Assembly: GCA_963803435.1 (NCBI GenBank) | Contig: CAWDML010000001.1 | Location: forward strand, 160,001 to 224,000 | Direction: 5' to 3' | DNA from: an uncultured delta proteobacterium | GTDB taxonomy: Bacteria > Myxococcota > Kuafuiibacteriia > Kuafuiibacteriales > Kuafuiibacteriaceae | DNA: 64,000 nucleotides | In this document: positions 1-9,728 of the stretch, in pieces | Layout of the letters: each line of letters begins with the position of its first letter | Numbering within the stretch: the first letter of the stretch is position 1 | Notes under the pieces: generated by a model | What the model was told of the DNA's origin: nothing | The model's database searches: none | The model's input: only the letters and a program-made list of their open reading frames with translations | Program-made: the position numbers and the translations under genes

Positions 1-251
1 TCGTCGAACCGGCGCTCGGACAGATCAAAGGGGCACGAGGATTCCGCCGGTTCTCGCTACGCTCCTTCTTCAAGGTACGAGCCGAGTGGACGCTCGTCTG
101 CCTCACCCACAACCTGCTCAAGCTCTACCGATCGAAGCTCGCGACCGTCGCGAGCGTCTGACTCAAGGCAGCCATCTTCAGATCGGGACCCGGAACGGGA
201 CCGGGACCCGGACCGGGGTCGCGTGAGCGCTTACGCGCTACACGCTCCTAG
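1..251 (+). mobile_element. 3' end of an IS1182-family insertion sequence (transposase C-terminus 3..161 plus right end)
   Basis: Frame 3 reads VEPALGQIKGARGFRRFSLRSFFKVRAEWTLVCLTHNLLKLY, the typical IS1182 DDE C-terminus, with TGA at 159-161. The element appears to end at ...ACGCTCCTAG (CTAG 248-251). Confidence 0.8.
184..218. repeat. Degenerate hexamer tandem repeat (CGGGAC/CCGGAC) inside the IS end
   Basis: cgggacccggaacgggaccgggacccggaccgggg. Confidence 0.5.
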
Positions 252-690
252 GCGAGTGGAGCTCGGTGAGCTCGTCCTTCAACAGCCCGTAGAACGCGGC
301 CGGATCCGAGGAGCCCGCCCCGCCGAAGCCCTCGCCTCCGCCCGCTCTCTCGAACAGCCAGCCGAGGTGATGGTCGCAGGCCGCGCAGTAGGCCACGCGC
401 CAGGTGTAGCCCTCGAACCAGGTGAAGTCGTCGGTGGGGAGCCCAGCGGGGCGCACCGCGCGGGCGTCGCGGAAGGTGTAGATGACCTTCATGTGGCCGT
501 GGGGGTTCGGGAACACTTGCGTGAAGCTGGCGGCGCGCATCGCGAACAGCTGGCGGTGCGTGGCGACCGCGGTCTCGCAGCGCCGGCACACGAAGATCCG
601 CTCCTCGTCCGCCTCCCGCTCGACGTCCTCGACCGGATCGGGTGAGGCGACCTCCGTCCGGGAGGCCTCATCCTGGAGGGCCTGGAACAT
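238..690 (-). CDS. Cereblon-family (CULT domain) protein
   Basis: CxxC (CRRC), FPNPHG, FTWFEGYTWRVAYCAACDHHLGWLF and FYGL give the Zn ligands and aromatic cage of CULT domains. ATG at 690. Confidence 0.85.
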   Translation of the reverse strand: MFQALQDEASRTEVASPDPVEDVEREADEERIFVCRRCETAVATHRQLFAMRAASFTQVFPNPHGHMKVIYTFRDARAVRPAGLPTDDFTWFEGYTWRVAYCAACDHHLGWLFERAGGGEGFGGAGSSDPAAFYGLLKDELTELHSPRSV

Positions 691-729
691 CGGTTGAATC
701 CTCGCACACAATGCTGCTAATCGGCGATC

Positions 730-2023
730 GTGGCAGGCCGCTACTACGTGGCGACGTTCGGCTGTCGCGTGAATCAGGTCGACTCGGCCGGCGTCGTCGG
801 CGAGCTCGCGAAGAGCGACCTGGTCCGCACGCGGGATCAGAGCGAGGCCGATCTGATCGTGCTCAACACCTGCACGGTCACGCATCGCTCCGACACCGAC
901 GTCCGCAAGGCGGTCAGCCGCATCCGCCGAGAGAACCCGAACGCGCGCGTCATCGTCACCGGCTGTTTCGCGCAGCGCGATCCGGACGCCGTCGCTGCGC
1001 TCGAAGGCGTCGACGCGGTGGTGGGCAATGCGCACAAGAGCCGCCTCCCGATCCTGGCCGAGGCGATCTTCGAGCAACGTCCGGTCCAACCGATCGTGCT
1101 CCACACCTCGATGGAGGGCGTGCTCCCCGAGGACCTCCCGCCCGTCGAGCCCCACGCGACCGTCGTCGATCGCACGCGCCCGTTCATCAAGATCCAGGAC
1201 GGCTGCGACGCCGCCTGCACCTACTGCATCATCCCGTCCGTCCGCGGCGCCGCTCGCAGCGCCCGCGCCGACGACGTCGTCCGCACCGTGCGCGAGCTCG
1301 TGGCCGAGGGCTGGTTCGAGGTGGTCCTCACCGGCGTCCACCTCGGCACGTACGCGTCGAGCGAGGGGTTGGGGCTGGCCGACCTGGTCCGCCGCGTCCT
1401 CGCCGTCGAAGGCCTCGGCCGCCTGCGAATGAGCTGCATCGAGCCGATGGCGTTTCCGATTCGAGCTCGCCGACATCGCCCAGGCCGACCGCCGGCTGGC
1501 GCCCCACTTCCACCTGCCGCTGCAGTCCGGCTCCGATCGGATCCTCAAGCGCATGGTTCGGCCCTACCGCGCCCGTGAGTACCGCGCGCAGCTCGACGCG
1601 ATCCGCGCCCGCGTCTCCGACGCCTGCCTCGGCACCGACGTGATCGTCGGCTTCCCGGGCGAGACCGACGACGACTTCCGGGAGACGCTCGACTTCATCG
1701 CCGGCGCCGGCATCGACTACGTTCACGTGTTCAGCTACTCCGATCGGGAGGGCACCGCCTCGACGCGGCTCGGCGGCAAGGTCGATCCGCGCGTCATCAA
1801 GGAGCGGAGCACGGCTCTCCATGCGCTCGCCGAGCGGCTCTGGCACCGCCACCTCGATCGCCAGCTCGATCGCGTGCTCCCCGCGCTCATGCTGGACGGC
1901 GAGCTGGCGTTGACCGAGAACTACTGTCAGGTCCGCGTCGCCGAGGGCGGCGCGCCCAACCACCCGTGCCGGATCCACATCACGGCTCGGGAGGATCATC
2001 AGCTCACGGGTCAGCTGGCGTGA
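730..2023 (+). CDS. mtaB: tRNA t6A37 methylthiotransferase MtaB, with a +1 frameshift at 1458-1462 (probably a sequencing artefact)
   Basis: TFGCRVNQVDS, NTCTVT, KIQDGCDAACTYC. After the shift it continues HFHLPLQSGSDRILKRM, DVIVGFPGET, HVFSYSDREGT, TENY. Removing one T from GATTC joins ORFs 730 and 1553. Confidence 0.85.
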
Positions 2024-3579
2024 CCTCGGTCTCGGCGGTCGAAGCCCTGGTCGCGCTCATGGTGGCGGCCACCGCGGTCGGCCTGACCGCGCAGCGGCTC
2101 AACATCCCCTACACCGTCGCGCTGTTGCTGGTCGGGATCGGCCTGGGCGCGCTGGGCTGGATCCCGGCGCTGCACCTCACCCAGGGCCTCCTGATGACGA
2201 TCTTCCTCCCGGCGCTCCTCTTCGAGGCGGCGATCCACGTCTCGGGACGGGAGCTGCGCCGCCTGGCGCCTTCGCTGCTCACGCTCGCGATCCCGGGCGT
2301 ACTGCTGGCGGCGTTCGCGACCGCGCTGGTGCTCAAGGCCGAGCTGGTCGCCTTCGAGCTCGAGACCTCGATCCCATTCCTCGAGCTCCTCCTCTTCGGC
2401 ACCATCATCGCCGCCACCGACCCGATCTCGGTGGTGGCCCTGTTCAAGCAGCTCGGCGTGGAGAAGCGGCTCGCCGTGCTGGTCGAGGGCGAGAGCCTGC
2501 TCAACGACGGCACGGCCATCGTCCTGTTCGGGATCGTGCTCGAGCACGTCCGCGGCAGCGAGAGCAGCATGGCGGGCGCGCTGATACAGTTCATCCTGGT
2601 GGCCGGCGGAGGCGTGCTGATCGGCGCCGCCATCGGTCTCCTCTCCAGCTGGATCACCAGCCTGATCGACGATCCGCTCTTCGAGATCGCGCTGACCAGC
2701 GTCACCGCCTACGGCGCGTTTCTGGTGGCGGAGCACGTTCACGTCAGCGGCGTGCTCGCGGTCGTCATCGCCGGCCTCCTGGTCGGCAACATCGGCAAGA
2801 AGCGGGGGATGAGCCCGCAGAGCCGCATGGCGGTCCTCGGGTTCTGGGCCTACGCGGCATTCTTCATCAACAGCATCCTGTTCCTCCTGCTGGGCCTCGA
2901 GGTCCACCCCGAGCTGATCTTCCGCAACGCTGGAGTGGTGCTGCTCGCCTTCCTCGCGGTCCTGGCCGCCCGCGCTACCAGCGTGTTCGGGTCGCTGCCG
3001 CTGCTCCGGCGGATCGGACAGCCGATCGATCGAAAGAAGGCGACGGTCCTGTGGTGGGGCGGCCTGCGGGGCGGCCTCTCGATGGTGCTGGTGCTCTCGC
3101 TCCCTGCGGACGTCCAATCCCGCGACGCGCTGATCGCGATGACGTTCGGCGTGGTCCTGCTCTCGGTGGTGCTCCAGGGGACGACCATGAACCTCCTGCT
3201 CAAGCGGCTCGAGCTCGTGGCCCTGAAGAGCGACGCGATGCGCTTCCTCTCCCGGAGCCTGGCCCGCCTGCGGGCCATCGACGCGCAGGAGACCGCGATC
3301 CGCCAGATCGTCCAGGAGGGCGCGCGCGCGGTCCCGGGCCTGCGTGAGATCTCGAAGGAGCTCCAGCAGGATCGCGAGGAGATCGTCGGTTCGCTGGCCG
3401 CCCGCAGCGAGGACGAGGCGTTCGTGCAGGCCGCCAGCCACCGCGCCTCGACGCTCCGCGAGCACCTGCGCGAGATCGCGCGCGACGCCTACCGGCAGGC
3501 GCAAGACGACAATCTGATCGATGGAGAGGATGCGGCCGATCTGATGAGGTCAGTCGAGGACGAGGACGGCGAGGACTGA
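2020..3579 (+). CDS. CPA1-family Na+/H+ antiporter
   Basis: Many TM helices; ATDPISV, EGESLLNDG and WGGLRG motifs. GTG overlaps the mtaB stop (GTGA). Confidence 0.9.
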   Translation: MTSVSAVEALVALMVAATAVGLTAQRLNIPYTVALLLVGIGLGALGWIPALHLTQGLLMTIFLPALLFEAAIHVSGRELRRLAPSLLTLAIPGVLLAAFATALVLKAELVAFELETSIPFLELLLFGTIIAATDPISVVALFKQLGVEKRLAVLVEGESLLNDGTAIVLFGIVLEHVRGSESSMAGALIQFILVAGGGVLIGAAIGLLSSWITSLIDDPLFEIALTSVTAYGAFLVAEHVHVSGVLAVVIAGLLVGNIGKKRGMSPQSRMAVLGFWAYAAFFINSILFLLLGLEVHPELIFRNAGVVLLAFLAVLAARATSVFGSLPLLRRIGQPIDRKKATVLWWGGLRGGLSMVLVLSLPADVQSRDALIAMTFGVVLLSVVLQGTTMNLLLKRLELVALKSDAMRFLSRSLARLRAIDAQETAIRQIVQEGARAVPGLREISKELQQDREEIVGSLAARSEDEAFVQAASHRASTLREHLREIARDAYRQAQDDNLIDGEDAADLMRSVEDEDGED

Positions 3580-3581
3580 GC

Positions 3582-5117
3582 TCACTGAACGGTGCCGGTC
3601 GCCCAGAGCGCCGTACCGCCCGCCGTGTAGATCACCACGTTGCCGTCGTCCTGAACGCCGAGGAACGCGCCCGGGTGCCCGAAGGTGTGGCTCGACCACA
3701 GCGGCTGGCCGCCGGGGGCGTACAGCACGAGATTGCCGTCGTCCTGCATGATGAGGCTCTCGGTGGTGCGGCCGTTCGTGCGGGTCGACCACAGCGGGCG
3801 GCCGCCGGGCGCGTAGAGCACCACGTTGCCGTCGCCCTGATGAACGAACAGGAAGCGGCCGTCGCACGAGCCGACGCCCTGATCGTGACCGAGGAAGGTC
3901 GTGCCGGGGGCGATGCCGCAGCCGGGGTTGGCCGGGGGCGGCGGAGGCGGAGGAGGAGGAGGAGGAGGAGGAGGATCGGCGCGCACGGTGTTGGTCGCCC
4001 ACAGCGGATGACCGCCGGGCGCGTAGATCACGAGGTTACCGTCATCCTGCATCGCCAAGTACGCGCCCGGGTGACGGTTCGTCCCGCTCGCCCACAGCGG
4101 ATGTCCGCCCGGTGCGTAGAGGACCAGGTTGCCGTCGCCCTGCATCGCGAACGTCGCGGTCGCCAGGCCGTCGGTCCCGGTGGCCCAGAGTGCATCGCCG
4201 GCGGGCGCGTCGTAGACCACCGCGTTGCCATCGCCCTGATGCACCAGCACGAAGCGACCGCTGCAGGAGGTGAGGGTCTGGCCGGGCGCGAGCGCCTGGT
4301 CCCATCCGAGGATGCCGCATCCGGTGGGTGCGGGCGGCGGCGGCGGCGGCGGGCCCGCCTGCGCGAGGGCGCGCAGCGCGTTGAGATCGCCGTTGAAGAC
4401 GTCGAGATCGACGTTGCCACCGATGCCGTCGACGCGCCCTGAGCTGGTGTACTGCCACATCGTGAACTGACCCCAGCTGTCCGGTACCAGCGGGCAGCCC
4501 GAGACGTACGCGGCCATCACCAGCGGATAGCTCTCGAAGCCCGCCGGATCGCCGGTCTGATCCCGCCAGAAGTAGTAGCCGGTGTAGATCATCGGGCGCC
4601 GTCCGGTACGCGCTTCGACCTGGTTGAGGAAGCGCCGGGTCGCGTCGGCCACCTGGTAGGGCGGCAGACCGTTGGCGTCCTCGAGGTCGAGCATCGGCGG
4701 CAGGTCGCCCGGCCCGAGCATCCCCATCACGTCCGCGAAGTGGTTGGCCTGCGCGATTGGATCCGCAGAGGGATGGAAGTAGTGGTAGGCGCCACGCAGG
4801 ATCCCGGTGCCCGCGAGGGCCGCCCAGTTCTGCCCGAAGGTGCCGTCGACGTAGCCCGTGCCTTCGGTCGCCTTGATGATCGCGAAGGACTTACCGGCGC
4901 CGGCGACGCGGCCCCAGTCGATGTTGCCCTGGTAATGGCTGACGTCGACGCCCTGAAGCGTAGGACCCGTGGCGCAGGCGCGCACCTCGTCCTGGCTCAC
5001 CGCGATGTCCTGCGCCTGATCCTCGCGGACCGGTCCCGGTCCGCACGCCTGGATCGTCCAGAGCAGCGCGACCAACGCTCCCCTTCGTCTTCTTGGTGTG
5101 TTGGTGCTGGCCCACAT
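3582..5117 (-). CDS. Lipoprotein GH25 lysozyme with two bulb-type (B-type) lectin domains
   Basis: Lipobox-like IQAC; GVDVSHYQG, KATEG, GAYHYF, LDLE, WQYTSSG, VDLD; repeated QxDGNxVxY lectin motifs separated by poly-Pro linkers. Confidence 0.88.
   Translation of the reverse strand: MWASTNTPRRRRGALVALLWTIQACGPGPVREDQAQDIAVSQDEVRACATGPTLQGVDVSHYQGNIDWGRVAGAGKSFAIIKATEGTGYVDGTFGQNWAALAGTGILRGAYHYFHPSADPIAQANHFADVMGMLGPGDLPPMLDLEDANGLPPYQVADATRRFLNQVEARTGRRPMIYTGYYFWRDQTGDPAGFESYPLVMAAYVSGCPLVPDSWGQFTMWQYTSSGRVDGIGGNVDLDVFNGDLNALRALAQAGPPPPPPPAPTGCGILGWDQALAPGQTLTSCSGRFVLVHQGDGNAVVYDAPAGDALWATGTDGLATATFAMQGDGNLVLYAPGGHPLWASGTNRHPGAYLAMQDDGNLVIYAPGGHPLWATNTVRADPPPPPPPPPPPPPPANPGCGIAPGTTFLGHDQGVGSCDGRFLFVHQGDGNVVLYAPGGRPLWSTRTNGRTTESLIMQDDGNLVLYAPGGQPLWSSHTFGHPGAFLGVQDDGNVVIYTAGGTALWATGTVQ
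3934..3975. repeat. GGA/GGC trinucleotide run encoding a poly-proline linker
   Basis: ggcggcggaggcggaggaggaggaggaggaggagga. Confidence 0.7.
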
Positions 5118-5274
5118 CGCTGGCGAGAGTGCCGGCCGCCCGCGGGGAGCTCACTCGGCCAAATGACCGTGAATCCGTGGTTTATGTCGACGGAGCGTTC
5201 ACAGCGCCGGTTGACCGTTGACCCAGATCCGGACCCGCGGCAGCCTGAGGCCTCAGCCGTACCAACTGACTGGT

Positions 5275-5940
5275 ATGCACAGGAGCGCGATGCAGAGGGG
5301 TTGGGGTCTCATGGTGATCGTCGGCGTGGGCGCCGGCCTGGCTCCGCGCACCACCTCGGCCAAGCCGAGCGATCCGCCGCCCACCGACGAGGCCCAGCAA
5401 GCCCTCGACAAAGGCATCGCTCAGCTGAAGCGGGGCGATCCGGACTCGGCGATCCAGAGCCTCGAGCACGCGATCGAGCTCCGCGAGACGCTGCCCGCGC
5501 TCTACCACCTGGGCCTCGCCTACCACCGCGCCCATCGCAAGAAGGACGCGCTCGCGACCCTCGAGCGCTTCGTCGCCGGCTCGATCGCGGCGCACCAGAC
5601 CGCACACGTCGAGGAGGCCGAGAAGCTGGCGCAGGTGCTGCGGAGCACCACGGCCCGCGTGTCGCTCCGCGTCTCCGGCGGCGCCGAGAAGATCTTCCTC
5701 GACGGCAAGCCCATCGGTCACCGCGACGGTCACTACGGGATCGTGCTCGATCCCGGCGAGCACGATCTGGAAGCGTGGGGCCCCGACGTCGATCCTGGAC
5801 GCGTGCACCTCCGCCTCCAGCCCGGCGCGCGGATCGACGTGAAGCTCGACCTCACGAAGAATGTCCCGCCGCCCCCGAAGCCGATCCCCGCGCCGCCTCC
5901 GGCCCCGATCATCGTCGCCGGCACGTCGCAGCCTGCGTAG
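5275..5940 (+). CDS. Secreted TPR + PEGA-like protein
   Basis: Signal-like N-terminus, TPR-like LYHLGLAYHR, PEGA-like IFLDGKPIG...LDPGEHDLEA, Pro-rich tail. Start uncertain. Confidence 0.6.
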   Translation: MHRSAMQRGWGLMVIVGVGAGLAPRTTSAKPSDPPPTDEAQQALDKGIAQLKRGDPDSAIQSLEHAIELRETLPALYHLGLAYHRAHRKKDALATLERFVAGSIAAHQTAHVEEAEKLAQVLRSTTARVSLRVSGGAEKIFLDGKPIGHRDGHYGIVLDPGEHDLEAWGPDVDPGRVHLRLQPGARIDVKLDLTKNVPPPPKPIPAPPPAPIIVAGTSQPA

Positions 5941-5955
5941 CCGCAGCGCGGATCC

Positions 5956-6666
5956 TCACGACCAGATGAGGGCGAGATCCGAGAGCCGCTCCCCGCGCAC
6001 GCGGGCGATCACGGCAGCCGCCAGCCCTCCGTCCCCCGAGGAGAGCACGCTCGCAACGTGATCACCGGCGACCAGCGTCTCCTCCGGGTGGAGGCCAAGC
6101 CGGCGGCCGTCGCGGGGGAGACCGGGGAGCAGGTCGTCGCGGATCTGTCCCGCCAGATCCTCGATGAGCGCGCGCGCCGTGTCTCGAGGGATGGCCGGTG
6201 AGAGCGCGCGGCCGAACGCCAGCGAAGCGCCGAGGCCGAGCCGACGCGTCATGCGCCCGCCGTGGCGGAGGAGCGCGCCCACGCCGCCGAGGGCGTGCGA
6301 CAGGTAGAAGCGCACCGAGACCTTCGTCTCCCAGAAGGCGCGGAGCGACGCGATGCGGTCGCCCTGGACCCGGTACTCCAGGATGGCCGGAACGCGCAGG
6401 GGCTCGGTCGAGACCGAGGTGGTCACGGAGATGATCACGTGCCGCACGACCAGGTCGCTCTGGACGAAGTCGCGGCGGGGGAGGAACTCGATCTGGTGGG
6501 GCGTGATGAAGACGTCCCAGAAGCGGGAGAGGCGCTCGCGCCCGTAGACGGCCGCGCCCACGGGGTCCTGGACGGTGGCGTCGTCCGTGAACAGCGCCAG
6601 CCACGCCTCCTTGTCGTGCCGGGCCACCGCCTCGGGCGACCGCTTCACCACCACCAGCGGGTCCAC
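5956..6666 (-). CDS. NTF2/SnoaL-like (ketosteroid isomerase-like) protein
   Basis: HDKEAWLALFTDDATVQDPVG and IASLRAFWE. Confidence 0.75.
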   Translation of the reverse strand: MDPLVVVKRSPEAVARHDKEAWLALFTDDATVQDPVGAAVYGRERLSRFWDVFITPHQIEFLPRRDFVQSDLVVRHVIISVTTSVSTEPLRVPAILEYRVQGDRIASLRAFWETKVSVRFYLSHALGGVGALLRHGGRMTRRLGLGASLAFGRALSPAIPRDTARALIEDLAGQIRDDLLPGLPRDGRRLGLHPEETLVAGDHVASVLSSGDGGLAAAVIARVRGERLSDLALIWS

Positions 6667-6730
6667 GACCCGGCGGTCCTAGCACGACGAGGTTGCGACA
6701 TTCCATCTCGAACGGTACGCAGTCGCCGCG

Positions 6731-7288
6731 ATGGGATTCCTCTTCGATCCAAACGTGCTCCACCAGGTCGCCCGCGGCGCCCTCGGCCGCCCGATGAACG
6801 AGATGGTGAAGAAGATCGCCGGCGAGCTCGCCGAGCGCTATCCGGGGCACATCAACCCGGAGCCGCCCTGGGTGTTCAACAACGCCGGCGGCGCGATGGG
6901 CGCGTTCGCGCTCCTCCACGCGTCCATCCGCGAGTACATCATCATCTTCGGCACACCGATCGGCACCGAGGGCCACTCGGGCCGTCACACCGCCGAGGAC
7001 TACTTCATCATCCTCGAGGGTGAGCAGTGGGCCTTCCAGCAGGGGGCGTTCGAGCGCGAGGTGTATCGCCCCGGTGACATGCACGTTCTCCCGCGCGGCG
7101 AGGCCAAGGCCTATCGGATCCCGGAGAGCGGCTGGGCGCTCGAGTACGCGCGCGGCTTCATCCCCGGCATGCTCCCGTTCGGGCTGGCCGACACGCTCTT
7201 CAGCACGCTCGATCTCCCCACCTTGGGGCGCACGCTCGACATCTACGCCCGCGCAGTCACGCGCGAGCTGGTGCGCGGCAAGATCTGA
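6731..7288 (+). CDS. ERG2/sigma-1 family sterol C-8 isomerase-like protein
   Basis: WVFNNAGGAMG, LLHASIREYIIIFGTPIGTEGHSGRH, WALEYARGFIPGMLPFGLAD. Confidence 0.9.
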   Translation: MGFLFDPNVLHQVARGALGRPMNEMVKKIAGELAERYPGHINPEPPWVFNNAGGAMGAFALLHASIREYIIIFGTPIGTEGHSGRHTAEDYFIILEGEQWAFQQGAFEREVYRPGDMHVLPRGEAKAYRIPESGWALEYARGFIPGMLPFGLADTLFSTLDLPTLGRTLDIYARAVTRELVRGKI

Positions 7289-8892
7289 TCGCGCGTCGCG
7301 GCGTGCAGACCGGCGTTGCGGCCGGAGAAGATCCCATCGGACACCGACAGCCCGCTGACGTAGCTCTGCGAGGACACGCCGACCGCGTTCCGGCCGGCGG
7401 CGTACAGGCCGTGGATGACGCTCCCGTCCTCGCGCTTCACCCGCTGCGTGATGCCGTCGACCACCAGGCCGCCGAGCGTGATGCAGGGCGTGGGGAACTT
7501 GATCGTGTCGATGTCGCAGCACACCGCGTAGAACGGCCCCTTCAGGATCGGGTGCAGGCTGTCTTGCGATTTGCCCATCGGATCCCGGCCATCGGCGATC
7601 GCTCGGTTGTAGCCGTCGATGGTCGACTGGAGGCGATCCGCCGGGATGCGGCACTTCTCCGCCAGCGCCGCCAGGTCGTCGGCCTTCTGGTAGTTCAGGT
7701 AGTTGTTGAGCGCGCCGAACACCAGCTGGAAGCCGCCCATGGTCTCGGTGCGGAGCTGCTTGCGCGCCATCTCCATCGACTCCGCGTCCAGCACCAGCAC
7801 GCCGCGGCCGCCGTGCTGCTCGGCCAGGTACTCGCCGATCTTCGAGCCGTACAGCTCCTCGTTGCAGATGCGGCTTCCGTCGGGCCCGATCAGCACACCG
7901 CGGGTCCAGGCGGTCGGGGGGTTGATGAACCGCCAGGCGCAGCACCGCTCCATCCGGTCGATCGCGCCGCCGGCCGCACGGCCCATCATGATCCCGTGTC
8001 CGTCGTCGCCGGCGGTGCCGAGGCGCATGCTGCAGGCCGCGTAGTCGGGGGCGTACTGCTTCATCAGCTCCGGGTTGAAGACGAACCCGCCCGCCGATAG
8101 CACCACGCCGCCCTTCGCGCGCACGAAGCGTCGGACGCGGCGGGTCTCCAGGCGGTCGAGCTGCTTCTGGAAGAGCTCGGTGGCACGGCGGCTGAAGCCG
8201 CCGCCGTAGTTGACCAGGAGCTGACCGGCTTGCTGCACGGGTCGCAGCGCAGGCGCGAGCTCGTCGAGGACCGCGCCCACCACGTCGCCGGCGTCGTTCA
8301 CGATCAAGCGCTCGACGCGGGTCGACCGCCGCAGCTCGGCGCCGGCCGCCAGAGCGCCGCGCTGGAGCCCAGCGAAGATCAGGTGACCGGTCAGCCCCTT
8401 GCCGAACGCGCGGTGCCCGCGAGGCGCGGGCTTTGCCCTCTCCGAGTACGGCGGGCAGAGCTCGTTGCCCGAGAAGTAGAGCGTGCAATCGTCGGGAGGA
8501 TAGGAGGTCTTGAGCGCCTCTCCGCTGGAGGGAAAGGGGACGCCGAGGCGGCAGAGCCACTCGAAGTTCTCGACGCTCCGCTCACAGTACGCGCGGAGGG
8601 TCGCCTCGCTGACCGCGTCGGTGGTCTCGAGCGAGAGATAGCGGAACATCTCCTCCGGGCTGTCGTCCCAGCCCGAGTCGCGCTGGAGCCGGGTACCGCC
8701 GCCGAAGTACACGATCCCGGCCGAGAGCCGGGTCGCGCCGCCACCCTGGAAGCGATCCGCCACCAACACCCGCGCGCCGCGCGCGCGCGCCTCGATCGCA
8801 GCGCTGGCCCCGGCGGCCCCGAAGCCGACCACCAAGACGTCCGTCTCTTCGTCCCACGCCTGCTCGCGGAGCGGCGACACATCGGTCCACAC
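7243..8892 (-). CDS. FAD-dependent 3-ketosteroid dehydrogenase family protein (Delta4-5alpha type likely)
   Basis: DVLVVGFGAAG, GGGATRLSAGIVYFGGGT, TLGGLVVD, GLYAAGR, YVSGLSVSDGIFSGRNAG. Confidence 0.75.
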   Translation of the reverse strand: MWTDVSPLREQAWDEETDVLVVGFGAAGASAAIEARARGARVLVADRFQGGGATRLSAGIVYFGGGTRLQRDSGWDDSPEEMFRYLSLETTDAVSEATLRAYCERSVENFEWLCRLGVPFPSSGEALKTSYPPDDCTLYFSGNELCPPYSERAKPAPRGHRAFGKGLTGHLIFAGLQRGALAAGAELRRSTRVERLIVNDAGDVVGAVLDELAPALRPVQQAGQLLVNYGGGFSRRATELFQKQLDRLETRRVRRFVRAKGGVVLSAGGFVFNPELMKQYAPDYAACSMRLGTAGDDGHGIMMGRAAGGAIDRMERCCAWRFINPPTAWTRGVLIGPDGSRICNEELYGSKIGEYLAEQHGGRGVLVLDAESMEMARKQLRTETMGGFQLVFGALNNYLNYQKADDLAALAEKCRIPADRLQSTIDGYNRAIADGRDPMGKSQDSLHPILKGPFYAVCCDIDTIKFPTPCITLGGLVVDGITQRVKREDGSVIHGLYAAGRNAVGVSSQSYVSGLSVSDGIFSGRNAGLHAATRDQILPRTSSRVTARA

Positions 8893-8909
8893 GGCGCTGG
8901 AGCCTACTG

Positions 8910-9728
8910 ATGGCGTTCGCTATGCTCAACGCCCTTCTCGTGCGCTGGTATACGTCCGACCCGGTCTTCGACACCGTCCTCGCCGTCGCGCTCGCGATCC
9001 CCCCGCTGGCGCTCATCGCGCTCCAGTTCATGAAGGCGCCCTACGGCCGCTTCGGTGAAGGATCGCGGGGCGTCAACGCCCGCCTGGGCTGGTTTCTCAT
9101 GGAGCTGCCGGCGACGGTGGTGTTCTGGATCTTCTATCTGACGGGCCCGCGGCGCGCCGAGCCGGTCCCGATGATGCTGGCCGCCATCTGGATGATCCAC
9201 TACACGAACCGCGGGTTCGTCTTCCCCTTCCTGATCCGGACGCCGAAGGAAAAGGGCGCGAACTTCGGCCTGCTCGTCCTGCTGAGCGGCATGTTCGTCA
9301 CCTCGATCCACGGGTACCTGAACGGGCGCTTCTTCTCGACGCTCGGCGCTCACTTCGATCGCGCCTGGCTCTCGGATCCGCGCTTCCTCCTCGGCGTTGC
9401 GATCTACTTCGGCGGCCTCGCGCTCAACATCCACTCGGACGCCATCCTGCGGAACCTCCGCTCGCCGCAGGAGATCGAACGCGGCGACAAGATCTATCGC
9501 GTCCCCATGGGCGGCGGCTTCAAGCTGGTCACCAACCCGGCGTACCTGGGCGAGCTGATCATGTGGCTCGGCTTCACGCTGTTCACCTGGTCGCTGCCGG
9601 GCGTCTTCATCTTCACCATCACCGCCGCCAACCTGATCCCGCGGGCGCTGGCGAATCACCGCTGGTATCTCTCACGCTTCGGCGATTACCCGGCGGAGCG
9701 CAAGGCGCTGATCCCGTATCTGCTGTGA
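8910..9728 (+). CDS. Steroid 5-alpha-reductase (SRD5A/DET2 family)
   Basis: APYGRF, GWFLMELP, HYTNRG, NIHSDAILRNLR, YLGELIMW, ANLIPRALANHRWY, RKALIPY. Confidence 0.9.
   Translation: MAFAMLNALLVRWYTSDPVFDTVLAVALAIPPLALIALQFMKAPYGRFGEGSRGVNARLGWFLMELPATVVFWIFYLTGPRRAEPVPMMLAAIWMIHYTNRGFVFPFLIRTPKEKGANFGLLVLLSGMFVTSIHGYLNGRFFSTLGAHFDRAWLSDPRFLLGVAIYFGGLALNIHSDAILRNLRSPQEIERGDKIYRVPMGGGFKLVTNPAYLGELIMWLGFTLFTWSLPGVFIFTITAANLIPRALANHRWYLSRFGDYPAERKALIPYLL

Noticed and set aside
730-2023. mtaB as a true pseudogene or programmed frameshift
   Set aside because: All motifs are intact, there is no slippery sequence, and the same GATC error recurs at other loci.
6062-8560. 832-aa minus-strand ORF and many similar long Arg/Pro/Ala-rich ORFs
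   Set aside because: Shadow frames of real genes in high-GC DNA, with no motifs.
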